The notes beneath the pieces were generated by a model that saw nothing but the letters and a program-made list of their open reading frames with translations, had not been told where the DNA came from and made no database searches. Both the position numbers and the translations under genes were made by a program. From Thalia democratica (Eukaryota): 64,000 nt of DNA. Shown here piece by piece: positions 1-14,500 of this stretch. Every line of letters starts with the position of its first letter. Positions within the stretch are counted from its first letter, which is position 1. Location of the stretch: positions 30,876,001 to 30,940,000 of the forward strand of contig OZ241833.1 in the NCBI GenBank assembly GCA_965202585.1, written 5' to 3'.

Positions 1-2500
1 ACTAAAGTGACCTGTAAAAGCTTGTTGTAAAAATCAAAAGTAGTCAACTTTTGATTTATTTAATGTTAGTATTTTTAATTGATTGTTGTGTTTTTTTCAA
101 TGCGTAAAACTGTACAGGTTCGAACAGATTTATTTATAATCATTTTCAAAATTATTTTGCCTCAACTAGAGTTATTCAATCCGCTTAACTTTAATAAACA
201 AGTTATTCATGAGTTTTACAAAACTCACCGAGAGAGACTTGAGAACCGCTATGCTGGCAGCTCCGTCCTGCGATATGTAGTACCAGAAGTCCACGCACAA
301 GTCTTGGCTGCTGTCGGACACGATGGTCGGGCTCGTTATGATCGCCGTCTCGCCTCGCTGCATCTGGCTCGTTTCGAACACCATGTAGTACCCTGCGTTC
401 AAGTTGAAAGTTCAAGTTGATAGTGTTTGTATCAAGCAGTGTCGAATTGTATGAGTTATACGCACAAAGACGTAATACGTGTTTTGTTTAATTGAACTAA
501 AAACTTGAGTAGTATTTTACACGGTTGAGCTCAAAGAGTTTTGAAGTTTCTTCAAACGCTAAAAATCAAATGTTTTTAAATTAAATATCAACAATCGTTG
601 ACAAAACTGTTAATAATTAAAATAACACAGAGATTTAAAAACTTAAAAACTGTAACTACCTGAGCTTCCAGTTCCGTGGTCAGTACTGGGATCGTTGCTG
701 TTAGCAGCGGAAGCTCTGACCCAATCGTAATCGTCTCTCAACGTTGTGTGCGACCAAAAACACATGTCGTTCTCAAAATCGCAGGAAACTGTTTTTAATG
801 TTAAATGCGTCAGCATCACAAAATCTATCTATAGTATTAATTTGCACTTTATTGTTTTGTTTTATCAAAAACACTTCAACGGTAAGCGCTTTTATAAACT
901 ATAAAAGTTTTTTTTTACAACTTTAACTATCAAAGCTGTAGCTGAAAAAAGTTATACCTAGTAAATACTCTTGTGCAGGACACAACTGCCTTGGAGCCAA
1001 CCGACGTTTTTTTGAGCTTTTTTGAAACAAACTTAAAAAAATTCTCCTCAGCAAACTCACGCAGGTCTTTGCACGTGGCGTTGAGAATCGTCACGTCGTC
1101 GATGGCGATGTCCGAGTAGTAGGACGAGCCGACGGTGGCCTCGAACAGGACCGTGTACTTGTCCGCCCCTCCCAAGTTCACCGCCCCGAACTGCCACTCG
1201 TTGCCCTGGTCGCCGCTCAGCTCCCACTGATCGTACGTTACACTTCCCTGTTTGTTGAAAATTATTTATTAAAAATTTAATTTGTACTATAAAGTGTTAG
1301 TTGGTCACATCTAAAATCCCACTGATTGTATGTTACACTTCCCTGTATGTTAGAAATTTTTATAAAAATTACATTAATGCTATAATTAATGGTCGCCGCT
1401 CAACTCCCACTGGTCGTATGTTACACTTCACTATTGTATACTATTTTGTTTATGAAAAGTTGTTGATTGCAAAAAAATTATTTGTAGTATTTTACTTATG
1501 TTTTTTACTCAAACATGATTTAGCCCTTTTTTACTTTCAGTCAAAATTCTTTTTCTAGTTTCTACGTATGAGAGACTACATAGAATTAAATATTATATAA
1601 TCTACTTGGTAAATATTTTTATTTATACACGAAAGTCAAACACTAGCTTCAACAATTTGTTTAGAGTAATTATATGAACCACTTGACTTAACGTTGTTTT
1701 GAAAATTATATAGAAATTTTGATAAAAGCTGATAATAACTTTTATTTATGTGTACTCTTCACAAACATAAACTTCTTACATCTTTTTGCTGAACTTTAAG
1801 GGACCCGGTAGTACTACCGTACATGTGAAAATGGAATGTGAGGCAACTGTCCTTTTGTATGTCCCCTGTGATGGGAGGGGATTCCAATATTGCTCTCTCC
1901 CCGTAGTTGCTAGATGCCTCAACAAACACGTAGTAACCTGTGAAATAAAAGTAACAAAAAATTAAAAGATTATGTTTAGTTATGCCTTAACATGTGTAGT
2001 AAGGTTAGAAAATTTCAAAAAACTACTAACTTTGCAAGGTATTAAGTATTTTCGTTTTAAAAGTGAATTTTTTTTTTTTTTTTTTTCATTTCATTGTGAA
2101 AGGTTTACAAATTTATCCTTAGAACTTGGTAAATTCAAAAAACCGAAAAAATAAAGTTGTTTAGCTAAAAGATTACTAAAAAATTATATGTAAATAGTAT
2201 AGTCTAAAATACAGTAGAAAATAAAAAAGTTTTTATTTGTAATTTGAAATAATAATTTTTTTAGTTATACAATACTATTTCAAAGAAAAAACTTTTGTTA
2301 TAATCAAATACCTCTGGGAGTTTGATATGTGTGATCCGCGTAGGGACCCGTGTTCACTGAAGAGGTAAGTCCCTGCTGTCTCGTCCAATCAGTATCGTCG
2401 CTGAACACTTGCTGTTGCCATCCACACATACGGGGTAGTTCGAAATCACAGTTGTGGATGTCCTCTGTTGTTTAAAAGGTATGAAGCTTCAGATAGTTTG

Positions 2501-2541
<41 letters not shown>

Positions 2542-5500
2542 TAACTGGTTTACTAAGTCACGTTATTGTATGTTGTCTACTTGTTTATAAGACTTATAAA
2601 ATAGTTTTTTTATTACCGTTAAAGGCTGTATTATATAGTTTATTGAACGACAAAAAATATGCTCAAAATATTTGTTTCTAGGACCTGGTGCACAAAAAAC
2701 CTTTTGGTTATTGAGTCGCACACCACGGATACCTTTTAACGTCTTGTCCAGGACAATATTATATTAAGTCTTTATGTACCATTAAAGTGTAAAGTAAGAT
2801 TTTCGAAACCTTATAAACTTATGTACATCTTTTTGACGTATCTTAATCTAAAATTAACTGAAATCAAAATTGATCACTTTTTTTAAATATCACAACGTAA
2901 TACATTTATTTACAACTTGTCTTTTTGAACCGTCAGAAGCGAAAACTTTAAAGTTTTAGATGGGTGTTGTCTTCTTGCACTAAAGACAAACTATAAAACT
3001 GTTTTTTTTTGTATTATTTTTAACAACTTACCGGGCGGACAAACTCCATCAGTAAGTGTGATGTCGTCGATAGCAAAATCGCTTTGACCCTTTTTTCCTG
3101 GTGATGCGACAAAAGATATCTGTAAAAAAATAATTTGTTTCTATACACATCTTTTTTTTTTTAAACATTTACAGATAATTTTAAACTGAAAAAGCTTGGC
3201 AGATACTAAAACGGTAAAGTTTTTTTAAGGCTGAAATTTAGAAGGTATATATAGTTTATTGAATGACAAAAAAGTTCTCAGATTTGTTTGCTCCTAGGAT
3301 CTGGTGAACAAAGAAGCTTTCGGTTATCGAAATAAGGTAGTGCTTAAAAAGGAAAATTAAAAATAAAATAAAACCACTAGATTTTAACCTAGCTTACTTT
3401 CTAACTGTCAGTCAGACCTTATAACCTTATTAAAACTTCGTTACACAAGCGTCTAACAACCGACAGATACCAAAACTGCCCGAAACCCACCTGATAATCC
3501 ACGCTCGACGAAATGTCCACCACTGCCTTCTGCCACCCGCCCGACTGGCTGCCCCTGCGGTCCCACTGCGGGTCCACAAAGTCCGGCCTGGTCCGCACGT
3601 AGACCTCCAGCTTGCCCTGGCTGAAACCGGTCATGTAGTACCAGAAGGTCAGGCACCTGTCTGAAGATTTTCCGTCCAGCGGAGTCGGAACTACCGGACC
3701 GAGCAGCACAGCCTGGTCCCCGTCTGTATATTGTGTTTATTTTTCTTTAAATTTCAAATTATAATTTTTTTTTTAATTTTACGAAAGTAGTAGTTTTATG
3801 TTCTTGGTATAGATTTTGTTTTATCCACTTGTGTATGTTTTTGTCAATACTTTTATATGCTGTACTTTTATTAAAACATTTTATATTTTTGCATGTTTTC
3901 TCCGACTGTATAAAAGATTTAAGTTTTATTTAGAGTTGCAAATGTTGTTTAAACCTCTGTATTTTTAATTTCAATAAGTTTGTTTTTAATTACATAATTT
4001 ACAGGCATCTTGGAGCGGAGTGTTCATAGATTATATAAGTGTACTCTGTTTCTCGACCACCCATATATTTAAAACTTTCTAAAAACTTTTGTACTAACAA
4101 AGCCCTAATTAAGGTAAAGCCTCTTTCAACTGTAATCCTTTTTAGAAATGGTTCATTGACTAGACTTTTATCCTAAAACGTGTAAAATGCTTAAGATTTT
4201 TTGTTTTACTAAAAGCACTTAACCAAACTAGTTTGATTTTACCAGCACAGATTGGTTTGCTTAAAAAAATTATCTGCTAGGTGTCAACAAAGAGCCTGTA
4301 CGTTAAACAACTCTCGATTATTTGTTATTTGTTTGCTTTAGTTATTGTTCCGCTGCATCATTGTGTTTGTGATTACTTTATTTCTATATGCTCTGTCCAT
4401 AACTGATTTTCAAACACAATACATACACATGTATAAACACAACACGATTCTGGCTGATACTGTTAGGCCTGTTGCTTATATGTTGAATATAAGCAGACAA
4501 ATACTAAAACTTGTTTCGGTTTTTGCCCCACAAAACAGTATTTTTTATCTTTCTTTATACTTTAACATCATTTATAACAATCAAGTTGAGTTTTAGAGTC
4601 TGTGTTATATTCTAATTTTTTTACAAACAACGCAAAACTCACCGTTGCGCTGAAGAAAGTCGAAGTTTTACACTGTTCACAAAGTCGGAAAAAATAATTA
4701 TAATATTAAGAGTTTTAGTTAAACACAAGCAATACGAAACCAACCGTTGTACTGAAGGGAGTCGACGTAGGCGAAGCTTCCCGATCCAGAAGTGTGATCC
4801 CTGTCTGGTCCCGTGTTCACGTTGGAAGTCTGACTCCTGTAAAAAAAAGATCAGTTTTATTCATGTTGATGTGTTGAGAAGACTTTTTATATACTGCTTG
4901 TTTGTTTTATGTATGCCTACAGTTCTTCTTAATTCCACTTGACATTTACCAGTTCTTTAATCAATTTTTTTTTTGTTACAACGAAGAATGGTTGTTTCGT
5001 TAGTTTGTTATATTTCTACAATTTTGTTTTTTACTTCAAACTTTTATCTTATAATTTTTTATTCATAAACTTCTTACAGCTTTTAACGTCTCACTTTTCT
5101 CTTACCGGGTTTTCAAAAAACAAACATACATAATACTTTTTTCAAACAAAGATCTAAATCTACTCTTTAAGTTTTGAAAATTTCAACAAAAAGTTACATA
5201 TTTGGTAAATATCACTTTTCATTTAGAACTCTATTGAATAAAATTTGTTTTTAATATTTCTAAAACAATGAATCATAGAATTTTCAATAAGCTAATACAA
5301 AAATAAAAAACGAACTTGGTCCAGGACATGGGGTAGGATGGGTCGTTGTACCAGTTGCAAAGGTCCCCGTCGAAACTGCAATCGGAAGTCCCGGTTGTTA
5401 TGGGCGGAATGGGTTTGTCTGGGGCCGCGGTCGTCATAGGCTGGTTGCTAGGTTGCGCGTTTTGCGGGTTCACTTTGCAGTATGACGTCACAAAACCGAT

Positions 5501-8500
5501 GTCGTCGAGTGCCAGCATTGCTGAAAGTTTTGAAAAATTGCACTTTAAAAAACAGAGTGTAAAGCAAGTGAGCTTGCATAACTTCGTGCTAACAAAATTA
5601 AATAGGACACTGGAAGCATTAAACAATGAAGTTTAAAGTTCCTAGTTGTAAAAAATAACCTGTTTTTTAAGCTTCAGCATCTGCTGCTTAAATATTTTTA
5701 CTAAACTAAAGCGCTAAGTACTAAATGGTGCATATTCCAGCTTTATTTGTTTTAAGTGATACATTTAAAACAAACATTGTTTAATTTAATGCTAAACCAA
5801 ACTGATATCATAAACTGTATATCACTAATTCGGTAACACTAGTACTCGAAAAAAAGGTTTACTAGTATTTACTTTTAGCAGTTATTTTGAATATTTTCAC
5901 TAATTACAACTCACTACTGCCACTAGTGCCCGCCACAGCCTCGAATATAATGGTCCTGGTGTAAGAGCTCTGAATAGGGGCTGTACCTTCAACCCAGTTC
6001 GAACCCTGGTCCCCACTCAACGTCCATATCAAGTACCTGTGCATTGTTTAAATGATAGTTTTCATATGATTTACTTTTACTTTGCACTAAAAGTGGTTTT
6101 TAAAAAAAAAAACTTTTTACAGTTTGATAAAAGGCAAAACAACTTGTATTTAAAAGTTTAAAAAAAACTAAAAACTATTTTAGTTTTTAACAAAAAGTTA
6201 TATACGAGCAAGTGGAAACTATTATTTACAAACAACCCTAAGTTTAGTTGTTTTGTAATTAATTCACTACGGTTTTATCGAGAGTTTGAAAAACAAACAT
6301 TCTTAAAATCTCAATGCACTGACGCAAGACTAAACAGTCAACCGACAAATTTTAACATTCAAAACGTTTAATTTTTCTTAGTTTTAGTTTCATCAACAAC
6401 TAACTTGTCCCCGTACAAATTGTCCATCAGCCACACGTTCAAGGTGGCGTCCCCGGTCAAGTAGTACTTGAAAGCCACGCACGAGGGACTGGGGGTGGGC
6501 GGAATGGTCTCGCTGGTCCACAGCGCGCTGTCCCCATACAACCTTCCAACCATATTGGCATTCAAGTATGAACCTGGTGTTTATTTCATAGTTCAAATTA
6601 GTACAACTTTGAGTTGCTTGGTTTGCATTGACAAAGTTTTCTTGTAAAACTAAAAAGAAACACGGACGTAAAATAAAACTTATCTTGTAAGGTAACTACG
6701 TTTAGACACAGCCATTTGCTCAACTTAAAAGTTTTTGTTTCATATTGTTTGATTATAAAATTAGAATAAGTATACAACTTAAAGTTTAAATCAAAAGCTT
6801 AAAGAAGTAGAGTATGTGTAACTGTTTTTTTTTACATTCGAAACAAAAAGGTATGCATAGACAGTTATAGAAACTTTTTTTGTGAAGCAACTTAAGAAGT
6901 TTAACGTCAGGTATCTTACAAATAAAAGCAAAGCTTCATATAAACAAACTCCTTTATGCTTCATTTAATTTAAAATATTTAAGATTATTTTACATAAAAA
7001 AACGTAGAGACTACAAAACATATTGTGACGTCACAATCCGTATTTACCTTGACTGGTTCCCGAAGTACCGTCCACTGGAGGACCGTTGACCTCATTGGCG
7101 TACTTGGCTTGCTGTTCCGACCAATCAAAATCGTCGCTGACCAAGTTTCCCCACACACATGGCTCCGCGTGCTCGAAGTCGCAAAGCTGCGATAACAATT
7201 GATAACGAATTGATAATTGAAGTGAAAATGCTTTGAATATCATAAAATTCTAGGTTTTGTTACGACTGTAAAGTTGGTGCTTTGTTAGTTTGTTTTTAAA
7301 GTCTTACGTTCACTTAATTAGTAACATATCAATAGAGTATGATTTTTTTATAAATGAAAAGCATGTTTTGTTAAACAATGACAGCTTTAAAATTAATATT
7401 TATTTTTATTTTGAACTGTCAAAAATTTCGAAAACAAGGTATAATTCTAAAATTTAAAAGTCAAGTTAGCTTTTGATAAATTAAAAAAGTTTTTGGTGCT
7501 GGTGTTTTTTACCTCATTGCACGGTCCGTTGAGCAGGGTGAGGTCGTCGATGGCAATGTCTCCATAGTAGCTGGAACCCTTAGTCGCCTCGATGGACAGC
7601 TGGTAGTTGGTGTTGGTCGAAATGGTCGCCTGTCCGAGCATCCATTTATTGCCCTGGTTCCCACTTCGCGTCCAAATCGTCTGACCTTTTAAGTGTTATG
7701 AATTTTGATTTATACGATCTATCTGTTGCACCTTTTGTTTTATAATATTTAAAGTTTATTGCCTCGCAAACAACCTGGCCTTCAAACTAATTTGTACGTT
7801 ATTACGAAAATTACAGTTGCTTGAGTGTAGTTGTGGCTACATGCGTTTTCAAATGTAATTATCAAAAGCTTTATATACAAGAATGCTAATTTATAAATTA
7901 TTTTAAATAGTTTTATATGTCTATTATTGGAATAACTAGCAGAAAGTTTAATAAAAACTGAAAAAAAAAATATTTTTAATCAATAAACAAGGTAAAAGCT
8001 ATGAAACCTGTTATTCAGTGTCGAGTGTCATTGCTTTTGTACCAATGATAAAGTTTTCGTTAGTAATAAACTGTCAATTAGGGGCTGCACATTTTTTTAT
8101 CAACTAAAACCCTCAACAGTTTTTAATAAGACTTTGTTGCAGTATGTCCAAAATAAAATCAAAATGAAACAATTAATTCATTTAATCATTAACTTGTGAT
8201 AACTGGCAGTGGGGTTTTAATAGTTTGAATTATCATTTTAGTTTTAACTAACTTAATACATGCTTAACTTTTCTATTTACGAATTTTGTAATCAACTGCA
8301 AACACTTTAATAACAACTTGCATTGAAACAGCGTGAAACATGAGAAAACAGCGCTAACTTACATAAAGTTTACAATGTTTCAACTTTTTTGAAATCATCA
8401 AAATACTTAAAAATAAAACTAGATACAGCTTACCATTAAAAGTTGAGAAAAATATAGTCCAAACTTAAAACAAGTACTTCGGATAACGACTTACTGATGG

Positions 8501-11500
8501 TGGGGCCGCTGTTGAGAACGACCCTCAAAGTTCCAACGGTGCTTCCGTACATGTGGTACCAAAACTGGAAACATTGGGACTTTCCGTTCCCTGTCGCATT
8601 GAACTTCGGTGATGTTAACGCTGCAACGTCGTTTACAGCCTGGAAAAAGATATTTTGCTGTGAAATTATTGGACTAATAGACTTGCGTGGTTTTATAAAC
8701 ACTCTTAAGCCAACACGTTTTATAACTGATACCAGCTAAAGCTTTGTTTGTGATGTGCGTTTTTTGGGTAAAGTGAAAAATATCAAAAGATTTTTAACAA
8801 TTTGTAAGACTGTTTTTGAAGCAAATAAAACAGCTAGGAAATATAAAGCACAAGCTTTCACGGTACAGAACCAAGCATACTATTGTTTTGGATTTTGTGT
8901 TTTTCTATCAAATGTCTAAACTTTTGAAGTCAGTGTTCAAAACACGCCAGAATTTAGGTTTTAAAAAGTTATAAAAACCTTGTATTAAATAATAGTATAA
9001 GAAATACCAACATTCTGGCTGGTCTCGATGTACAAGTAGTGTCCGAGCTCGGTCTGGTAGGTGTGGTCGTTGGGGGGACCGGTATTCGTTGACGACGAGT
9101 CCCCGTAGTTACGCTCCCAGTCGAAGTCGTCGCTAGGGGACGCTACCTGCTCCCATCCGCACAACCCCAAGTCCTCAAAGGTGCAGCGGTGCGGGCCCTG
9201 GAAAAATTTGGGTGAAATTTCTCGAGAAACTTCATAAGTTACTAAACTGTGTTTTTGCGAGAACACTACCCCGTTTTGGATGGCAGCAATAAATTTTTAC
9301 TGCTGTTTTGCACACGCAAACGCCATTAAAGGTTTTCAATCAACTTTGGCACAATCTAAATGTTGTTAATGTATTGAAAGTATACATAAAGTTTAAACTT
9401 GCAGCAAAAAAACTTGTATTGATTAATTTTTTAGCGCATGCATAAAGTTTAAAGTACATTTTTCAACCTTTTAGAAATATAGTTACAGTGCACTTTAAAC
9501 TCACCGACGCGCAAGCTCCTTTCGTCATGGAAACGTCGTCAATGGCGACGTCGCCCTGGTCGCCCACGTTGTATACTGCTTCTATGCCGATCCTGAACGG
9601 GGCCACTGCCGCAACGTCAATCTGTGTTCGTGTGGTTCAGTGTTTAAATGTGCAGTTTACTGTTTACTATTGCTTGTTGAACGACAAAAAAGCGAGCAAA
9701 CTATTTGGTCTGGTCATTTGATAAATTTTATAGATTTTTGCTCAGTTCAACAACGCTTTGGCTTTTATCCAGTGTAAGAAAGTTGTCAAGCAGTTAATTG
9801 CAGCTAAACTTAACAAGTTTACAAACTTGGTACTGGAAAATAAACACGGCAGAACTGAAACTTTTCAAGTTATTTTGAAAGCTTCAAAAAACGTACATCT
9901 GCCAGTTACAACTTTAAAGTCACTGAGTTAACAATTTGTAAGTAAACTTTTTTTAAAGCTTAATTCAAGTTTCAAAAACTACAATGTTTTTAAGATTTAC
10001 AACCAAACCTCTGCCAGCTGCCAGAACCGGGACTGGGTGCCGAACCTGGACCACTGGGCCTGGAGCATGGTGTAGGTCGGCGAGCTGTACACGTTCAGGG
10101 AATCGATGTTGGAGCCCAGCATGTGGTACCAGAACCTCAGGCACTGAGGCGCTGTTGAGAGGAAAAGTAAATAAGTAGGTGAAGTTGTTAAGAAAACGTG
10201 TGAGACTTGTTGATCAAACCCGGACGTGATTTTGGGTTTAAGTCGGTATTTTCATTTTTGTTTGATGCTTTTTAACCTCGCTATACTTAAACACATTTTA
10301 AATTTGAAATGTAATAACTAGTCCTAGATTTTAGTTTTTTTTTATGTCAGACTAGAGTTTTTTTTTTTTACAAGACTTTTTTTATGATATATATAGTTCT
10401 TTGATTTAGAAATTCCAATGAACTAAGTAAAAGTTTTATAGTTTTCTTACATTCAGTAACGATTTAAAATCATTTCAGTGTTATTTATTTAACCAACAAA
10501 GCAAAACAATTCAAAACCTAACAAATAGTCTTACTTAAAATTTTCACTAAATCAACACAATACGTCATAACTTTTTCAAACCAATACTAAATGTCTACAT
10601 TACAACCATAATATATAAAATCAGAAATTCATAACAATTTTAAAAACTTTTAATTAAAGCGCGTTCAAAATGTTCTTCTAATCTTTTCAGACCCCACCGA
10701 CAAATCGATTCAGTTCGAAACCAAAAGCGCCTTAAACTTACGTCATCAGACTGAAAATGCGTCATAACTTTTGTGACGCATCAAAACAATCGAAACAACC
10801 AACTTGGTATCTCGTTGTCGTCGAGGAAGGGGCTGACGGGCGGGCTCCAAATGACGGAGTTGCTGCCGTCCTCGTACGCCTGCGACCCGCTGACGTAAGC
10901 GTAGTTGCCGCCGGTGCAGTTGACGCGGAACCCCGAATTGTGCTCCGCCTCCGGAACCTCCACGTTATAAGCGTCGGTCCTGAATTGTTAGTAAAATATT
11001 CAAATAAAGAGCGTTACGTTTGGTGGAACACAAGCTTCTTAGGCTGCACAGTTGTTTTTATTGCTAAATACAGACTGTGTGTTGGCGAAAGGTGCGTGGA
11101 GCGTTTTACTTCAGTTTTAGGGGTTTGATTGTACAAATTTTTGAGGACGTTTTAAAAGAAAGGAGGTTCATTGTTTTTTTAATGATAAAGGTTCTTTTTT
11201 ACAAACTAAAGATCAACTAACAGCTTTTAGAAGCTTTACGTCAAATATTCAATTGCACAGCCTTTTTTTTACTGTTTTCTTTATTTTTACATCGTTCAAA
11301 CATTAGCATTCAATTTGTTAAAACGTTCAAACACCTTCCGATGCAAGCTCCCGCGTACGGTCCGTTCGAAGGGTCCATCGTGTGGTAGGTGTAAGCGGCG
11401 CAGTTCGGTTGTAGGGCGCATTCCAGCTCGCATTTGTACTCCTCCGACTCGTCGAACCTGATCAAGTTTAAAAGTAAGTTGTTTGTATGTTGATACTAAT

Positions 11501-14500
11501 TTGCTAAGTTTTTAAAAGAGTTCTCAACTTATACAAGCAGCAGGATTTTGCTTTCAAGTACTTTTCAACTTTGACAAGGTTTTAAATGAAAAAGTGCTTG
11601 TAAACTTATGTTACTTTTTTATCATTGTTAACATGAATGTTTAATTTTGGGTTGAAAATTAATTCAAGTTTGTATGCAACAGAAAACATTTAATTAAGTA
11701 GCACAAATTTATGAAAAATAAAATTTCTTCGGGTATTTAGTAAATATTTAAACACAGCTCAAAGAAAAAATGTTCAAGTTTATCCAAATTAATATTGTTT
11801 TTTTTTCAATTTTTTTTTTTAATGTAGTTAGCCCGTTAAACGAGGCTTGTTGTAAAATTAAATGATATGAGTTTAAAGTTTAGAAAATAAACAGTTTTGT
11901 TTTTGAATCTTATAACTTTTTATCGCGCACTTGTATAATGTTTTCTGTCAGAGCTAAAATTGAGCAGAACTACTTTTGTATACAAAATTAATTTTTAAAC
12001 TAAATATTATGTCATAATAATGTTTTATGTAACATTTGTAAAGACTTTTTATTTTTTAGAAAATTGTACAGTTTACCGTAAAACAAATACACATTCACAT
12101 GAGTAAACAGTACTAAAAAAATAAACCAAAGCTTTTTGGTATTTCATTAGTGGTAATTTTATTTTTTTGGTTATTTAAATCAGTACAAAGGTACAAATTT
12201 ACACAAGTACAATTTACATGGTAGTAATCATGCAGGTTATTAATTAAACAGGGTTTTTGTTTGAACGTCTATTAGCAGTGTAAACAAACAAATTTGATTT
12301 CAAATCGTGCGCTGATATTTGCTATGAACTTGAAATATTAATCATTCAGGAATTTTGCTATTTGTTTTCAAATTTAATTCAAAGCAATAATTTTGTACTT
12401 TTCTTTTATTTTTAGAACTAATTGTTGGTTATTAAATTAAAACGTTTTCATGAAATTTAATACAAAACAAGGGCTAAGTTGTAAATTATTTGCACTTGAT
12501 TTTGAAAGTTTCAATATGAAAAAAAACCCTAAATGATTAGCAGCAAATAAGCTTATCCCAAAATTAAAAGCTTACTACATTTAAATCGATTAAACTTAAA
12601 AGTAAAATGTAATCACTATCGATCGAAAGAGTCTTAAAATTATAAAACAGTTTTATAAAGTCTAATTTAGTCAAAACACACTTTTAAAAGGCCTGAACAA
12701 ACATGAGTTTTGAATTTTGATAAAACAACTGTAGCACAAAAACTTACATCACAATTTTTAAACATGAAAAGTTTTAAACTAATGCTGTGGAAATCTACTG
12801 TCACAAAACAAACTCACTAGCGACAAACTTACTACTTATAAACAAAAAAAACAAAACCCATTTCAAACCACAAATGACAAACTTGATGTCTTATACTAAA
12901 CTAGTAAACCTTGCTGCTTACAGCCAAATTAGCGACAAAGATACTGCTCAAAAAAAGACTAACGACAAACTTACTGCTTACAAACCAACCAGCCACAAAC
13001 CCAACGTCTTGTTTTAAACAAACTAACGACAAACTTACGTTCCGAACAAAAACAGGTCGGGGTCCGTGTCGTCCGTGGGAGAGGTGGGCAACCCCCAAAC
13101 TGCGTTCATATCTGGCACACGATCGAAGCATGCGTCTGGTTTTAAAATAGTTTGTTTAGCTTTGTTTTTTAAGTTGAAAAAGGCTACTACATATCTGTTG
13201 ATTCGTATAAAACTTTAGCACTAATCGAAAGCAAGCTTATTTGCATACTCGAGTTAAGTGATAATTTAAAATGATACTTTTTTACAATTTTATTTCAATT
13301 TTTCAATTGTTTTTATTCTTGTTTTTTAAGTTTGGAAGGTAAATCGAAATCTTCTGAAGATTTTTAATTTACTTTGCGACATTACATCGCACATAAAGTT
13401 ATATTGAACAATTTCAACTTACTGCCGTTGGTGTGATCGTTCTCGGGACCGGTATGTTCTGCCTGAGTGCTTCCAGAGTTCAACGACCAATCAAAAACGT
13501 CGTTCTTCTCGGTATTCGCCCATCCGCACAACCCGTCCTCAAAGTCACAGTCGAACGGACCAAGGTTATCTGGAGTAGTAAAATAAATTGTTTTACGATA
13601 CTTTAGTTATTTGTATTTTAACTTGGCTTTATAATTTTTCAAAAAATAACGTCTAAGTACATTTAGTTTAAGCGTTAGCACGTTTTTTCTTACCTTCGAA
13701 ACATTTTTAAAACAGGTCTGTGTGAATTTACTTGAAGTTTTTTTTTTCTTTTATTTTGTTTTAATTTTAGCCTGGTTTTTTTTATCTATTTATCGCTTTT
13801 CATGTTAAAAAGCTAATTCTACAGAACTTGTTTTCACCTGTTTTCTTTTTATTCTTGTGTGTTCCAATTTTAATAAGTAAGTGTTTTATTAATCAAAAAC
13901 GAGAAATTGCTCAAAATTTTTCGGTTCAAAGACCTAGATACGCAAAAATACCTCTCGGTCTTTGATAAAAGGTTGTACATGCAGCTAAAAAGCCTAAAAG
14001 TCAATAACATTCGAAGAACTCACTGCTCTCCTTGAAGAAGCTGGCGTCCTTCTTGAATACGTCAGTGCCGTCGTCCTGGTCAATTCTCAGCCTGTAGTTC
14101 ATGTGCCTGATGAAGTGTCCCGGATAATTTGAAGACTCGTACGCGGTGTAGTCCTGTTTGATGAACAATAGTGTTTGAAAAAAAAATTGTTTTGTTTAAA
14201 AACAATCAAAGTTTTAAAATATTCATAAGATTAATTTGTATCTAGACCTAACTTTGTACCAAAATACTTTTGTAAAATTAAAGTACACATGGTAAATGTG
14301 AATTAAACTAAACATTAAACTGCATTTTTGCACAAAAACATGCTAAATTTCAAAAACATGAACGATAAAAAAGTTTGTTTTCTGTTCAAAATCTTGAAAC
14401 TTAAACGTTTTTTCTCAAGCAGTATCCACTGAAACTTTATCTTATTAACCAACCGGGTAGTACTTGTCCTCTCTTAGGTAGTAGCTGGCATCCTTCTTGT

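Noticed and set aside
8008-8070. Possible extra 63-nt MAM exon with AG/GT borders
   Set aside because: It has a stop in the required phase, and the flanking exons already join in frame (GPTISQTIW).
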